DNA from: a virus
Strand: one strand, 5' to 3'
IMG/VR virus record: IMGVR_UViG_3300046461_000319
DNA length: 64,000 bases
The notes beneath the pieces were generated by a model. The model was given only the letters and a program-made list of their open reading frames with translations, did not search any database and was not told where the DNA came from. The position numbers and the translations under genes were made by a program. Below, in pieces: positions 29,932 to 38,938 of this stretch (positions within the stretch are counted from its first letter, which is position 1; each line of letters starts with the position of its first letter).

Positions 29932-30268
29932 AATCGAGCTACTTGAGGCCGCTAAGGCGGAAGCCTTTCAACGCTATGCCGAGACGTCTACTCGACTGCA
30001 CGACGCCTATTGGGAGCGCCTGCAAGCCCACCTGCCGGAGATTACCGCCAAGCTGACAGAGCAGTACCCGCACGCGACCGTGTCCACTAAGCGCACCCAG
30101 TGGACCAACGAAGGCGAGTTCTTCTTCGACCATTGGGTGCACATCAACTTACACTCGCCCCTTTCGTTCGAAGATGAGCCGGCGGTCTACGATTGGATTT
30201 ATGCCAACATCCCGTTAATCGCGAACAACGGCGTCTGCTTAGGGATCGAGGGGGAAGGAACCGGATAA
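29921..30268 (+). CDS. Hypothetical protein
   Basis: Stop codon TAA lies inside palindrome copy 3. Confidence 0.6.
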   Translation: MMTEIELLEAAKAEAFQRYAETSTRLHDAYWERLQAHLPEITAKLTEQYPHATVSTKRTQWTNEGEFFFDHWVHINLHSPLSFEDEPAVYDWIYANIPLIANNGVCLGIEGEGTG

Positions 30269-30296
30269 GCAGGGTCCATTCCCTGCCTATCCGGTT
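30259..30296. repeat. Palindromic element copy 3
   Basis: aaccggataagcaggg-tccatt-ccctgcctatccggtt. Confidence 0.9.
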
Positions 30297-30373
30297 AGCT
30301 GCCAATCGGCGTCGTGCGCCCCGGTCAATTCCGAGGGCTTTTACGTGGAGCTGAGCCGGTGTAGAACGAGCTC

Positions 30374-30577
30374 ATGCCAATAGACATCGCGACGGCCCTA
30401 CTCATTGTCGACGACGACCTCCCTGACGGGGCATATTTCGCGATGCTCGGTGAATTGACCGGGTTACCACCTGACGCAGTGGCAGAGGCTTTGGTGGAGC
30501 GTGCCGAACGGATGGAGTCGCTTGCGCCTACGCCGCAAGCGAAGAAGCGCAAGCGTTCGAAGAAGCGCAAGCGATGA
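30374..30577 (+). CDS. Small hypothetical protein with basic tail
   Basis: ATG 10 nt after GGTGTA; ends KKRKRSKKRKR. Confidence 0.6.
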   Translation: MPIDIATALLIVDDDLPDGAYFAMLGELTGLPPDAVAEALVERAERMESLAPTPQAKKRKRSKKRKR

Positions 30578-30608
30578 CATCTTGGATAGGCAGGCCGTCG
30601 AGCAACCA

Positions 30609-30678
30609 CTTATCGAGCGCGCCTTGTGAAGGCACGGCGTTGAGGTCCGGCCTCCCACTCTAGAAAGGTGCCAGACCA
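30609..30678 (+). promoter_or_regulatory. Class C promoter-like motif plus conserved 5' leader of MRKIA genes (representative copy)
   Basis: YTT[AG]T[CG]-N7-CTCTGT-like box, then ggcacggc...gtccgg(g)cctc...aagg...gacc-ATG; related copies at 31645-31708(-), 32256-32326, 38388-38454, 40022-40086, 40871-40898. Confidence 0.7.
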
Positions 30679-31035
30679 ATGCGTAAGATTGCCGATGCCG
30701 ATGAACTTGAGATCGAGCTGCGCCGCCTCCTTGCCTACGCGCAGACCGATAAACCATCCCGTTCTCGGCTCGCCAGCGAGCTGGAGTCTCTCCGCGCCCG
30801 TGTTGCCGGCGAGCACACTCGACTCGCGGCTGAGCTGACTGACGAGGGACGCATGGTCGCCAGTATTGAAGGGCCAATAGAACAAGTGAAGAGGGTCGCC
30901 CGCGGACTGATGGGGAGTCGCGGACTCAGCGCTGACACAAAAATTGCCGTGCGGAAATTCGCAACTGTTGTCACCGAACTGGACGATGTCTTCGGAAAAT
31001 TGATCTGGTTGATCACAGCAGACACAGGCAACTGA
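30679..31035 (+). CDS. MRKIA-leader protein 1
   Basis: 43-aa conserved leader plus unrelated helical C-terminus. Confidence 0.75.
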   Translation: MRKIADADELEIELRRLLAYAQTDKPSRSRLASELESLRARVAGEHTRLAAELTDEGRMVASIEGPIEQVKRVARGLMGSRGLSADTKIAVRKFATVVTELDDVFGKLIWLITADTGN

Positions 31036-31043
31036 TACAGACG

Positions 31044-31071
31044 GATAAGCAGGGTCCATTCCCTGCCTATC
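31044..31071. repeat. Palindromic element copy 4
   Basis: gataagcaggg-tccatt-ccctgcctatc between convergent genes. Confidence 0.9.
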
Positions 31072-31098
31072 CGGTTAGCGTCGCGCTGCAGAGCGACG

Positions 31099-31644
31099 TC
31101 AACGGCCGCTTTGAATCTGCTTCGAGATCCACAGTGACACGGCCATCATCGCCTTGGCCATAGGCTCGCGGTCCTTGATAGGGAAGCTTTCGCGTTTCTG
31201 TTTCCCGATCAGGTCGGTCAGGTCAATGGCGTCGAGGTCGGGCAATCCGCCTGCACCCTTGGGCGTATCCTTAGGCTCTGACACATTGAAATAGACATGG
31301 ACTGCCTGCTCGCCTTCGCCCATCTCGATATAGATGTTGCTACTCCACCCAAGGGGGCTCTCTAGATTGACAGTGCTTCCAGAGTTTGTGCGGTGCATGT
31401 CGATGTTGATGTGGTGGTCTCGCCAGCCGCCGACGCCGCTGAATCGTGCTTTCATGAGCTCACCGAGCTCCACCGCCCACTCGACCTTGGCGTCCAGGAG
31501 CGGGCCTCCACTAGAAGCGAGCCGAGTTGAAAGGGTCTTCAGTTCTAGAGCAATGCGTTCTCTAGACGGCCTATTGCTCCCTGTGTAAGCGATGAGCTTC
31601 CGCAGCTCGTCCTGTAGCTCGTGGGTGTTGGCGATCTTACGCAT
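31099..31644 (-). CDS. MRKIA-leader protein 2
   Basis: MRKIANTHELQDELRKLIAY...PSR leader plus alpha/beta cargo. Confidence 0.75.
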   Translation of the reverse strand: MRKIANTHELQDELRKLIAYTGSNRPSRERIALELKTLSTRLASSGGPLLDAKVEWAVELGELMKARFSGVGGWRDHHINIDMHRTNSGSTVNLESPLGWSSNIYIEMGEGEQAVHVYFNVSEPKDTPKGAGGLPDLDAIDLTDLIGKQKRESFPIKDREPMAKAMMAVSLWISKQIQSGR

Positions 31645-31720
31645 CGGTCAGGCTCCCTTGGGTTGAGGCCGGACCTCAGCCGTGCCTTCACAGAGCGCAG
31701 CAGATAAGAGCTTTCTTGGC

Positions 31721-32197
31721 TCAAGGGCCTGTGTAACCCGCTGGGCGGTTACGACTCGCCTCATCAAGGGGCATCCAATGATAGGCCCCGGCGTCGCACG
31801 GAAGCGCCTCAAGATCGCCGAGAGAGGCCCAAGTCGCCCACGCAAATCGACCCGCGGCCCACATCTCTTGACTCCCATCAAAGTCCGGTTCGCGCAGCCG
31901 TAGCATCAGATACCCGGTCGTCATCGTAGGGGGTTGCGCGGGAGGCGGCTCGCACCCGGATTTTTGGGTCGGCCCTCCGCAACCACAGCCAGGTCCCGCG
32001 GCTGTTTGATAGACCAGGCCGGCATTGTCTAGCTTCTCTAGGGCAGCGTTGACTCGCGCTTGCGTTTGGTGGTCGGCCCCGCAATCAAACGGCCCGACGG
32101 GCAGCCTTGGGTCCAGGCAATCTACCCAGAAGCTCCAGTTGCATCCTGGGTAAGCGCATCTAACTTCTACGGACCCGAGCGGCCGAATGTCATCCAT
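31721..32197 (-). CDS. Hypothetical Cys-containing protein
   Basis: ATG 9 nt after GGTGTA on the minus strand (MDDIRPLG...). Confidence 0.6.
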   Translation of the reverse strand: MDDIRPLGSVEVRCAYPGCNWSFWVDCLDPRLPVGPFDCGADHQTQARVNAALEKLDNAGLVYQTAAGPGCGCGGPTQKSGCEPPPAQPPTMTTGYLMLRLREPDFDGSQEMWAAGRFAWATWASLGDLEALPCDAGAYHWMPLDEASRNRPAGYTGP

Positions 32198-32326
32198 GTG
32201 GGTTGTTACACCGCTGGGGGCAACGCTAGCGTCGTTGTTTCTGCGCAGTAAAGCACTTGTGGTTCGAGCTCTGTAACAAGGGCACGGCGCACAAGTCCGA
32301 GCCTCTCGAAAGGATCGCCCAGACCC

Positions 32327-32425
32327 ATGCGCAAGATCGCCAATACGAGTGAACTGGAGCTCGAGCTGCAGCTCAGAACACTTGGAACAGCGGCACAAGG
32401 CACCAGTGCCCTGCTGCGAGGCTGA
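32327..32425 (+). pseudogene. Truncated MRKIA-leader ORF (32 aa)
   Basis: MRKIANTSELELELQLRTLGTAAQGTSALLRG*; full upstream cassette, but similarity is lost after about residue 14. Confidence 0.6.
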
Positions 32426-32470
32426 CAGTGCGCGACTAGCACCGACACCAGACTTGGCGGCGAGCAATAC

Positions 32471-32905
32471 ATGGACGATTTGGCGACGCGCATCACGAGG
32501 CGATTCCTATTCGCGATGGCGCACAATCGGGCGCTTTACAAAGCGGGCCTGGCCAAGCATCTGAAAGGCGGACTACGGGAGTATTACAAGGCTTGCCTAG
32601 GTCGGAAGACTGGGTACATGGCTTCGGTTCCGGCATGGGACACCGAGGTCAAAAAACTGTTGACAGCGTTCTCTAACGCGATGGAGCACGCCATCCAAGG
32701 ATTCAGCGATCGAGGTAAGGCCGTCCAGGAGACAATTGCCGATGTGAAGAGCGCGGATGAGCGAATTCGTCGCAAGGCAGTCAGCGAGTTCATTAAAAAG
32801 GTCCCGGATATCAACAAGTTACGTGTGACGTTGGACGACCAAGACACCGCAGGTTTCTGGACGCGCGTCGATGAGACCATGGCCGCTGAACGTGCTATCC
32901 CATAG
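32471..32905 (+). CDS. Hypothetical protein with RITRRF leader
   Basis: MDDLATRITRRFLFAMA. Confidence 0.65.
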   Translation: MDDLATRITRRFLFAMAHNRALYKAGLAKHLKGGLREYYKACLGRKTGYMASVPAWDTEVKKLLTAFSNAMEHAIQGFSDRGKAVQETIADVKSADERIRRKAVSEFIKKVPDINKLRVTLDDQDTAGFWTRVDETMAAERAIP

Positions 32906-32908
32906 GTC

Positions 32909-33301
32909 ATGAGGGTTGCACTTGCGAAGCCACTGCCAGAAGCACAGAACGCGCTGGAAAACGAACTAGAGTCCAGCCTCGCAAATGCGTTTAGCATGTT
33001 CTGCCTACAGCGCCTGGCTCACAAGAATGGGCTCACGCTGGAGACCCAACTTCATGAGAAGAGCTTCGCGCAGAAGTTGCGGAAGTTTCGGAAGGCTTGC
33101 CGCGGAGCGGGAGAGCAGGTGCCGGGTGCACCTGTAGTGGTGGCGCGGATCATTGCCGTGGTGGCGTCACGCATTCCCAAATCGCGTAGAACGTCTGAGC
33201 GCATCATGGACACTGCGCCCACAGGCAAGCTCCAGCACCACCTCGACGACAACGATGTCGCAGATTTCTGGTCAACCATCTACAAAGCGTTGAGCACCTA
33301 G
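32909..33301 (+). CDS. Hypothetical protein
   Basis: Follows the previous gene by 3 nt. Confidence 0.55.
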   Translation: MRVALAKPLPEAQNALENELESSLANAFSMFCLQRLAHKNGLTLETQLHEKSFAQKLRKFRKACRGAGEQVPGAPVVVARIIAVVASRIPKSRRTSERIMDTAPTGKLQHHLDDNDVADFWSTIYKALST

Positions 33302-33334
33302 CCTGCTCTCAGGTAGGACTTCTCCAGGATTCTA

Positions 33335-33378
33335 GGCTAGGCAGCGCTCGCGAACGAGCCGCCAGTCCCTGCCTATCC
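33335..33378. repeat. Degenerate palindromic element copy 5
   Basis: ggctaggcag...ccctgcctatcc with enlarged loop, between convergent genes. Confidence 0.65.
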
Positions 33379-33394
33379 GGGCACCAGCCGGTGA

Positions 33395-33841
33395 CTATCT
33401 CCCGGGGACGTGGTCAGCGCCGAGCTTGAGCAGCGCGGCCCTGTGGTCGGCCCAGCTCCGCAGGTAGATGACCGTGCCGTCCTCGACGATGATTGTCGGG
33501 TCAGTCACTTCACGCATCACGACCCAGTCAATGTCATGCGTGACGCTGCCGATGGTTAGGGTGGTCCCCGTAACTTCTCCATGTAGGAGATCGGCTGCTA
33601 CTTCCGCCTTGCGCGCCCCGGTCGTACCGCCAGTCAAGAGCGCATGCAGGTCGGCTAGGATTTGCCCGAAGCGCGGCGCGGGGTCCGGCAGGCCGGCGTC
33701 TTCAGCCACACAGCGGGCTCTCCGATCAATCCTGTTGATTGCGTCGGCCAGGGCGTCGCCAAGACGGTCCAGGCTAAGCCTCTCTCCCCGAACATAGCCA
33801 CCTGGCACAAGCCCCCTGAGATTCTTCAAGCTCTTGCTCAC
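33395..33841 (-). CDS. Hypothetical protein
   Basis: GTG 9 nt after the class B promoter motif. Confidence 0.6.
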   Translation of the reverse strand: MSKSLKNLRGLVPGGYVRGERLSLDRLGDALADAINRIDRRARCVAEDAGLPDPAPRFGQILADLHALLTGGTTGARKAEVAADLLHGEVTGTTLTIGSVTHDIDWVVMREVTDPTIIVEDGTVIYLRSWADHRAALLKLGADHVPGR

Positions 33842-33901
33842 CCGTGAGAGACAATCGACAACGGTCGAACTTCAAGGCAAGCACTGAGCTCCGCGCATGC
33901 T

Positions 33902-34114
33902 CTAGGCCGTTTTGCGGACGTGCGGATCGACGATGCTCGCTCGCTTGACTAGATGCATGAGGGCGGTGTTCTTGGTCGAACTATCCTTGCCGTGACGCGC
34001 GAGGTCGCCGAGCTCATCCGCAGTCAAGACCTCCCAGTCGATTGGCTTGCGTCTCGGCGGGACGTTTTCCTCGATAAGGAGCGGCTTGGTCGTACTAGCT
34101 CGAGAATCGTACAT
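33902..34114 (-). CDS. Small hypothetical protein
   Basis: MYDSRAS start resembles the MxYDxR class. Confidence 0.45.
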   Translation of the reverse strand: MYDSRASTTKPLLIEENVPPRRKPIDWEVLTADELGDLARHGKDSSTKNTALMHLVKRASIVDPHVRKTA

Positions 34115-34255
34115 TGTATAACTCTCGATACTTCCAAGACAGGAAGAATGTCAAGGTCTGGTGTAGGCGAGGCTCATGCCTACGGCTACACCAAGTGCGT
34201 CATTCACGAGGCAGTCCATCCCGACCAGCCTCTGCGAGCTTTCTGGGAAATCAGG

Positions 34256-34951
34256 TCACCCGATGCGCTTGATCTTGACGCCACCGCCGCCAATCCCGAG
34301 GTAAACGTGCTGTCCGACGCGGAGCCGACGCAACGCAGCAATGTCTTGGAGGTCCAGCGGTGCCACATCTGGGGCACTGTTGTCTGCAATGAACTGAGCG
34401 AGCGACACCGGCTCATGGTCACCAGTCAAATCGTACAGGTCCAACATGATCTCCCCATCGGAAGTCGCGACCGGTCGACCGGCAGCTGACAGGTTCATCA
34501 TGGTGCCGCCGAACGCCTTGCCACATTCGTCGCAGTAGAACACCTGATCGCGGCCCTTCTTCCCGTTGTCCTCGTGAGGACCGGGATTGCCGCATTTCGG
34601 ACACTTGCTGTTGCGAGTGAATGAGGACTTTGGCGCTGCTTCACCCGGTAGCTCGTGGCCGTTGCCGCCGAGCGCCTTGTTGGCAGCTTCAAGAAGCACT
34701 TCGCGATCGGACTCATACACGTGGTGCTCTCCAGCCATCACTACCAGATCGTACAGAGCACGTGGCACCGCGCCGGACGGACGCCGTGGCAGCTCATCAC
34801 CAGGCTCGACACCCAACGCACGCAGGCCGGCCTCAAGCTGAGGGCTCATACGGTTGCCATACCCTTGATCGTACTTGCCGCGGAGCCACAGGTAGAGATC
34901 CTTGAGTGCCTTCTTGGCGTCCGACGCCTCACGTCGAAAGTCGTAGGTCAT
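34256..34951 (-). CDS. MTYDFR-leader protein with Zn ribbon
   Basis: MTYDFRREAS start; CPKC...CDEC. Confidence 0.65.
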   Translation of the reverse strand: MTYDFRREASDAKKALKDLYLWLRGKYDQGYGNRMSPQLEAGLRALGVEPGDELPRRPSGAVPRALYDLVVMAGEHHVYESDREVLLEAANKALGGNGHELPGEAAPKSSFTRNSKCPKCGNPGPHEDNGKKGRDQVFYCDECGKAFGGTMMNLSAAGRPVATSDGEIMLDLYDLTGDHEPVSLAQFIADNSAPDVAPLDLQDIAALRRLRVGQHVYLGIGGGGVKIKRIG

Positions 34952-35051
34952 GGGTCTGTCTATTTCTACCACAGGATTGTTGGAGTGTCGTTCGTGCACA
35001 CATCGTAACCCGTTTCACATGATGTGTCATAAACGGTTTGCGACGAGCCCG

Positions 35052-35074
35052 TAAGCTGGGTCCATTCCGCCAGC
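35052..35074. repeat. Degenerate palindromic element copy 6
   Basis: taagctgggtccattccgccagct keeps the gggtccattcc core. Confidence 0.5.
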
Positions 35075-35094
35075 TCGACGACCAGCTGGTGCCC

Positions 35095-35119
35095 TTGAAG
35101 TTTGCCCCGTGTCGATTGT
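35095..35119 (+). promoter_or_regulatory. Class B promoter-like motif [TG]TGAAG-N13-[GA][AT]TTGT (representative copy)
   Basis: Same 25-nt architecture at 33851-33875, 37029-37053, 53516-53540, 54173-54197, 54529-54553, 54856-54880 (all minus strand); variant at 41456-41480. Confidence 0.75.
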
Positions 35120-35128
35120 CTTCAGGAC

Positions 35129-35344
35129 ATGCCGCGGCGTTATACCGTCACTCTCCGCAATATCACTTGGGGCGACTCCACCTGCGACCAGGCCGGTCCC
35201 ATCCATGCGGTGGATCTTCCCTCCAGGTTTCGGTGCGTCGCACTGGCGAGCTCGGAGGATGCGGCGGTAGATGCCGCAATGAGTGCCGCAATCGAGTCCA
35301 CCGGCTACGACATTCTTGAGGTTGGCGAATCTCTCGTTGACTAG
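35129..35344 (+). CDS. Small hypothetical protein
   Basis: ATG 9 nt after the class B motif. Confidence 0.55.
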   Translation: MPRRYTVTLRNITWGDSTCDQAGPIHAVDLPSRFRCVALASSEDAAVDAAMSAAIESTGYDILEVGESLVD

Positions 35345-35372
35345 CATTGCAGCGTACATTGAGGGACACGGT

Positions 35373-35687
35373 ATGACCAAGAAGCGCAAAAATCAGTCTC
35401 CGGGTGTCGGTATATTTAAAGAGGTGCTCAAGGCAACTCCTGCCTCCATGTCTGCATGGGTCAGTGTTGCACGCGCGCTTGGTTGGAAGTTACGCGGGGT
35501 AGGGAGTGACGACCCCTACGAAGCGCCCGAGGAGCTCACCTCTCCCGAAGGTCTATCCTTTGTGTTTAGACCGGCCACCACCTATTTAGCTGAGCCGGTG
35601 GACAGCTTTGAGACCAGCCGCCTCGATCGGTGGATGCGGGAGGAGACCGGCGTTCTGCAGCAGGTCAAGGAGCGACTAGGGGCATGA
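35373..35687 (+). CDS. Hypothetical protein
   Basis: gaggg SD before ATG. Confidence 0.55.
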   Translation: MTKKRKNQSPGVGIFKEVLKATPASMSAWVSVARALGWKLRGVGSDDPYEAPEELTSPEGLSFVFRPATTYLAEPVDSFETSRLDRWMREETGVLQQVKERLGA

Positions 35688-35728
35688 TGCCAACGGGGTC
35701 GGTAGAGGTTTTTTCAAGCTCCCTCTAC

Positions 35729-36550
35729 ATGTACTCCGTTGCTCACGCCGTGCTGGCGCGGTTTGTCGAATCGGCGCCCGTCACTGCCCCCTATCTGCAA
35801 AAGCTCATCGCGTTCATGGAGGCGGCGAATACCTCTGAAACGTCCGAGTGGCGCGGCGGCTGGACGTCGACGATTCGCCGTACGCAAAGCTGGTTGAAAC
35901 AGATTGCGGCGAATGACGTGTATGACGTCCCGAAGACCGTTGGCGAGATGTTCCAGTGGTTCGAGGGTTGGTCGGGCCTCGAACCGCCACAGGTCGCCGA
36001 GCTGAAAGACGTGGCAATGCCGCGAGCCCCGAAGAGCAAGCCGGAGGCCTCGTTCTACGACGCCCGCCGCGAGCTCGAGAAAGTCACCGGGAAGAACGTC
36101 ACCTACGAGGGCTCGCTCGAACACCGCAAGGACGCACCAGAGCTAATAGCGCTGTGGAGCCGAGCCTTCAAAAAGCTCAAGGCGCCCGCAAAACGCGCCA
36201 TGGGCGTCGTGAGCAAGATACTGCTGGCGAACAAGGCCCGCGGTTCAGAGGACGCCTCTTGGGATGGTCAAGGCACAATGCGCCTAGTGCTCCGAGAGGG
36301 GCACATGCCAAATATCGACGTTTTGGCGACCTACATCACTCACGAGCTGGGGCATGGTGTTGAGGAGCGGCACCACGTCGACCTCCACGCGCCGCCGTGG
36401 GGTCAGCCGCCTTTCATCTCTGACTATGCGGAGAGCAAGCCAAACATTGAAGACTTCGCAGAGTCCTTCGCGAGCTATGCACTGGAGCCCGGCCATCTTA
36501 AGGCCAAGGCTCCGGACAAGTTCACAGCCCTGAAGGCACTGCGACTGTGA
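35729..36550 (+). CDS. Zincin-like metallopeptidase-domain protein with VLARF leader
   Basis: THELGHGVE and EDFAESFASY; N-terminal MYSVAHAVLARFVESA. Confidence 0.7.
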   Translation: MYSVAHAVLARFVESAPVTAPYLQKLIAFMEAANTSETSEWRGGWTSTIRRTQSWLKQIAANDVYDVPKTVGEMFQWFEGWSGLEPPQVAELKDVAMPRAPKSKPEASFYDARRELEKVTGKNVTYEGSLEHRKDAPELIALWSRAFKKLKAPAKRAMGVVSKILLANKARGSEDASWDGQGTMRLVLREGHMPNIDVLATYITHELGHGVEERHHVDLHAPPWGQPPFISDYAESKPNIEDFAESFASYALEPGHLKAKAPDKFTALKALRL

Positions 36551-36551
36551 C

Positions 36552-37019
36552 CTAGTACATGGTGCCCACACCGCGGCCTTCATATCTGATCTTGCCTCCG
36601 CCGTCGTACATGGGGCCGTTGAGCGACGTGAATGTGGGTTGCCCTTTCAGCTCGGGGCGAAGGCGTGATGTCCTAGATGAGTAGCCAACATGTTTGATTC
36701 CCATGCCGGCCATTGCCGCGATCAACTCTGCCGAGCTCGAGAAGGTCAAGGTTTTGTCGCCTACTCCGTACACGTTGTAGACCGCTGATCTTGGCATAGA
36801 GGCCAGAATCGCCCCCAGTTGGTTCACGAGCTGCTTGATTTGCTCCCCGTTTGCTTCAGCCAACTCTTGATTGCCGTCGTGTGCCTCGACCCACGCCGCC
36901 ACTCCGTTTGGCAGGTAGTTCAGGAGGTCAATGGCTTTGCCAATGTTCTCAGCGGGTGTGGCATACGCCGTGCGCGGGGCCGGGGCAACGTCTGACTTGG
37001 TTGTGATTTGTTGGGTCAT
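36552..37019 (-). CDS. Hypothetical protein
   Basis: ATG 9 nt after the class B motif. Confidence 0.6.
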   Translation of the reverse strand: MTQQITTKSDVAPAPRTAYATPAENIGKAIDLLNYLPNGVAAWVEAHDGNQELAEANGEQIKQLVNQLGAILASMPRSAVYNVYGVGDKTLTFSSSAELIAAMAGMGIKHVGYSSRTSRLRPELKGQPTFTSLNGPMYDGGGKIRYEGRGVGTMY

Positions 37020-37127
37020 GCCCTCAAGACAATCGACAGGGGCTAAACTTCAAGCACACGGGCCGTCTTCACGAAGCCGCAGAGAATCGCCATAGGACTC
37101 GTGCGGCGATGTGCTCTTGAGCGTCCA

Positions 37128-38324
37128 TCAGGCCCTCAGCTCTACGTCTAGGATGTGCCGGAACAGGACCTTGTCCGCTATGCTCCAGCGATGATTGTTG
37201 AGCTCTTCTCGAAGCATATCGACGATACCGGCGCGTTTCGCCGGGTCCGTGGTCGCCTTGATGCGCTTACGCAACGCGACGAGCATTTTGGCGAACTTGA
37301 ATTCGTGGTCTCCGTCGGCTCGGTCGTAGGCCTCATACATGCGTTCACGTGCACGCGAGGTGGGTTCGGATGAGGGGCTCGATCGCGGCGTGCGTTTCTT
37401 GGTCGCTGGCTTACGCGCCTGCTTCACAATCGCGAGGATTTCTTTCGCGTCGTCCTCGGTCAAATCGTAGTAGTCCGCAAGCTCTCCTGGGAAGCGTGAG
37501 ATCCGATTCAACCCGAACGCATACCACTCGTCGTGTGTGAGCTTTAGACGTATGATCTGGTCGATCTGTTTCTTCGTGGCCGGTGGCTGTTTCGCCTTCG
37601 GCGGCGGTTCTTGATGCTGCTTTGACTTCGCAGCCGATGTGACGGCGGGGCGCAAAATACGCAGGACCTTCTCAGCCTGGTCCTGAGTCCAGCGCCTGAT
37701 ATCCATTTCTCCGCGGTTTGGATATGGGATGATCCGATAGAGCCCGAGGTCGTCCCATGTGGATGGGTTGACGTTGATGTACTGCTCGTACGAACGCAGG
37801 AGTTTCAAGGTTTCGTCGATTTGCGCGGGCGTCGCCAGTGGCTCGTTTGGAGCATCCTCTCGCCACTGTCTGAGAATCCTCAATATTGCGTATCCTTCGG
37901 CATCGGTCAGATGAGAGAAGGCGGATGCGTTGGTCTCAAACGGCACAATCCGATGCAAGCCCAGCTTCCTCCATTCCAAGGCATTCATGGCGAAGTGCCG
38001 GGCGTACGCCACGATCTCGCCTAGCTGGACTGGGGTGATCGGGCCGGCGCGCTTTGGCGTGGGAGGGGGCGGCGGCGGCGGGGGACGGTAATCATATGAC
38101 GGCGCCATCGCGGGTTTGGCCTTGCCCCGCAAGATGTCGTAGGCCTCATTCACATCTTGGATTTGCTTGATCGTCCCGCCCTTGTCAGGGTGCGCCGCTT
38201 GCGCCTTCTGCCGGTAGATCGCCTTGAGATCATCGGGAGACATGTAGCCGCCCGGCGGGACACCCAATACTCGCTTGGCATCGTCAAGGGTCAGGGTCGA
38301 ACGAGCCGCAAAAAGGTCAAACAT
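37128..38324 (-). CDS. DnaJ (J-domain) protein with three internal repeats
   Basis: LGV...YRQKAQAAHPDKGG; 3x T..Q...I...W..[LF]GL.RI...[LW]T...A/G..IL. Confidence 0.75.
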   Translation of the reverse strand: MFDLFAARSTLTLDDAKRVLGVPPGGYMSPDDLKAIYRQKAQAAHPDKGGTIKQIQDVNEAYDILRGKAKPAMAPSYDYRPPPPPPPPTPKRAGPITPVQLGEIVAYARHFAMNALEWRKLGLHRIVPFETNASAFSHLTDAEGYAILRILRQWREDAPNEPLATPAQIDETLKLLRSYEQYINVNPSTWDDLGLYRIIPYPNRGEMDIRRWTQDQAEKVLRILRPAVTSAAKSKQHQEPPPKAKQPPATKKQIDQIIRLKLTHDEWYAFGLNRISRFPGELADYYDLTEDDAKEILAIVKQARKPATKKRTPRSSPSSEPTSRARERMYEAYDRADGDHEFKFAKMLVALRKRIKATTDPAKRAGIVDMLREELNNHRWSIADKVLFRHILDVELRA

Positions 38325-38454
38325 ATCGCAGCGGATGTATAAAGCTTTCTGCCACGTTCCTAACGGGAGCAAGCAGGCAGTAAACCACTTGTGCGGCGAG
38401 CTCTGTGACAGGGCACGGCGCACAAGTCCGGGCCTCTTGAAAGGCACCGACCCC

Positions 38455-38892
38455 ATGCGCAAGATCGCTAACACGTCCGAACTACAATCCGAACTGCGCC
38501 GCCTCCTTGCTTACGCGCAGAGTGAACGGCCCTCACGGCGGCGCATTGCGTCTGCTCTTGAAGATCTCAGTCTCCGGCTCGCTAAGGTCACACCTAGCGA
38601 GACGATTGGTTGGAAGGAAGTCAAAGACGGCGTCTGGCTTGCGCGAGCGAAGTATGCTGACGGCGCCACACACTCGTTTGGCATCTACGAGGACGGCGAC
38701 ACGTTTGGCGTGGAGGTCGACACCCCTGACGGCACCTATCAGCGCAAGAAGCCGTTTGACTCATTTGAGAAGGCGCGAAAGTACGCGGCTAAGTTCATCG
38801 ATAAGGCAAATGGAAACGCTATGCTCGCCGATGTCTTGGACAAGGACTTCAAGCCCGTGCAGGGCCGCCCTCACGTGAGCCCGCTGAACTAA
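38455..38892 (+). CDS. MRKIA-leader protein 3
   Basis: MRKIANTSELQSELRRLLAY...PSR leader plus beta-rich cargo. Confidence 0.78.
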   Translation: MRKIANTSELQSELRRLLAYAQSERPSRRRIASALEDLSLRLAKVTPSETIGWKEVKDGVWLARAKYADGATHSFGIYEDGDTFGVEVDTPDGTYQRKKPFDSFEKARKYAAKFIDKANGNAMLADVLDKDFKPVQGRPHVSPLN

Positions 38893-38938
38893 GGCAGCTC
38901 CCCGAGGCCACTCAACAAGCCGGGATAGGGCCTTGCCT

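Noticed and set aside
29085-31071. CRISPR array interpretation of the palindromic repeats
   Set aside because: Spacing is about 590-780 bp with whole genes in between, not 30-40-nt spacers; no cas genes seen.
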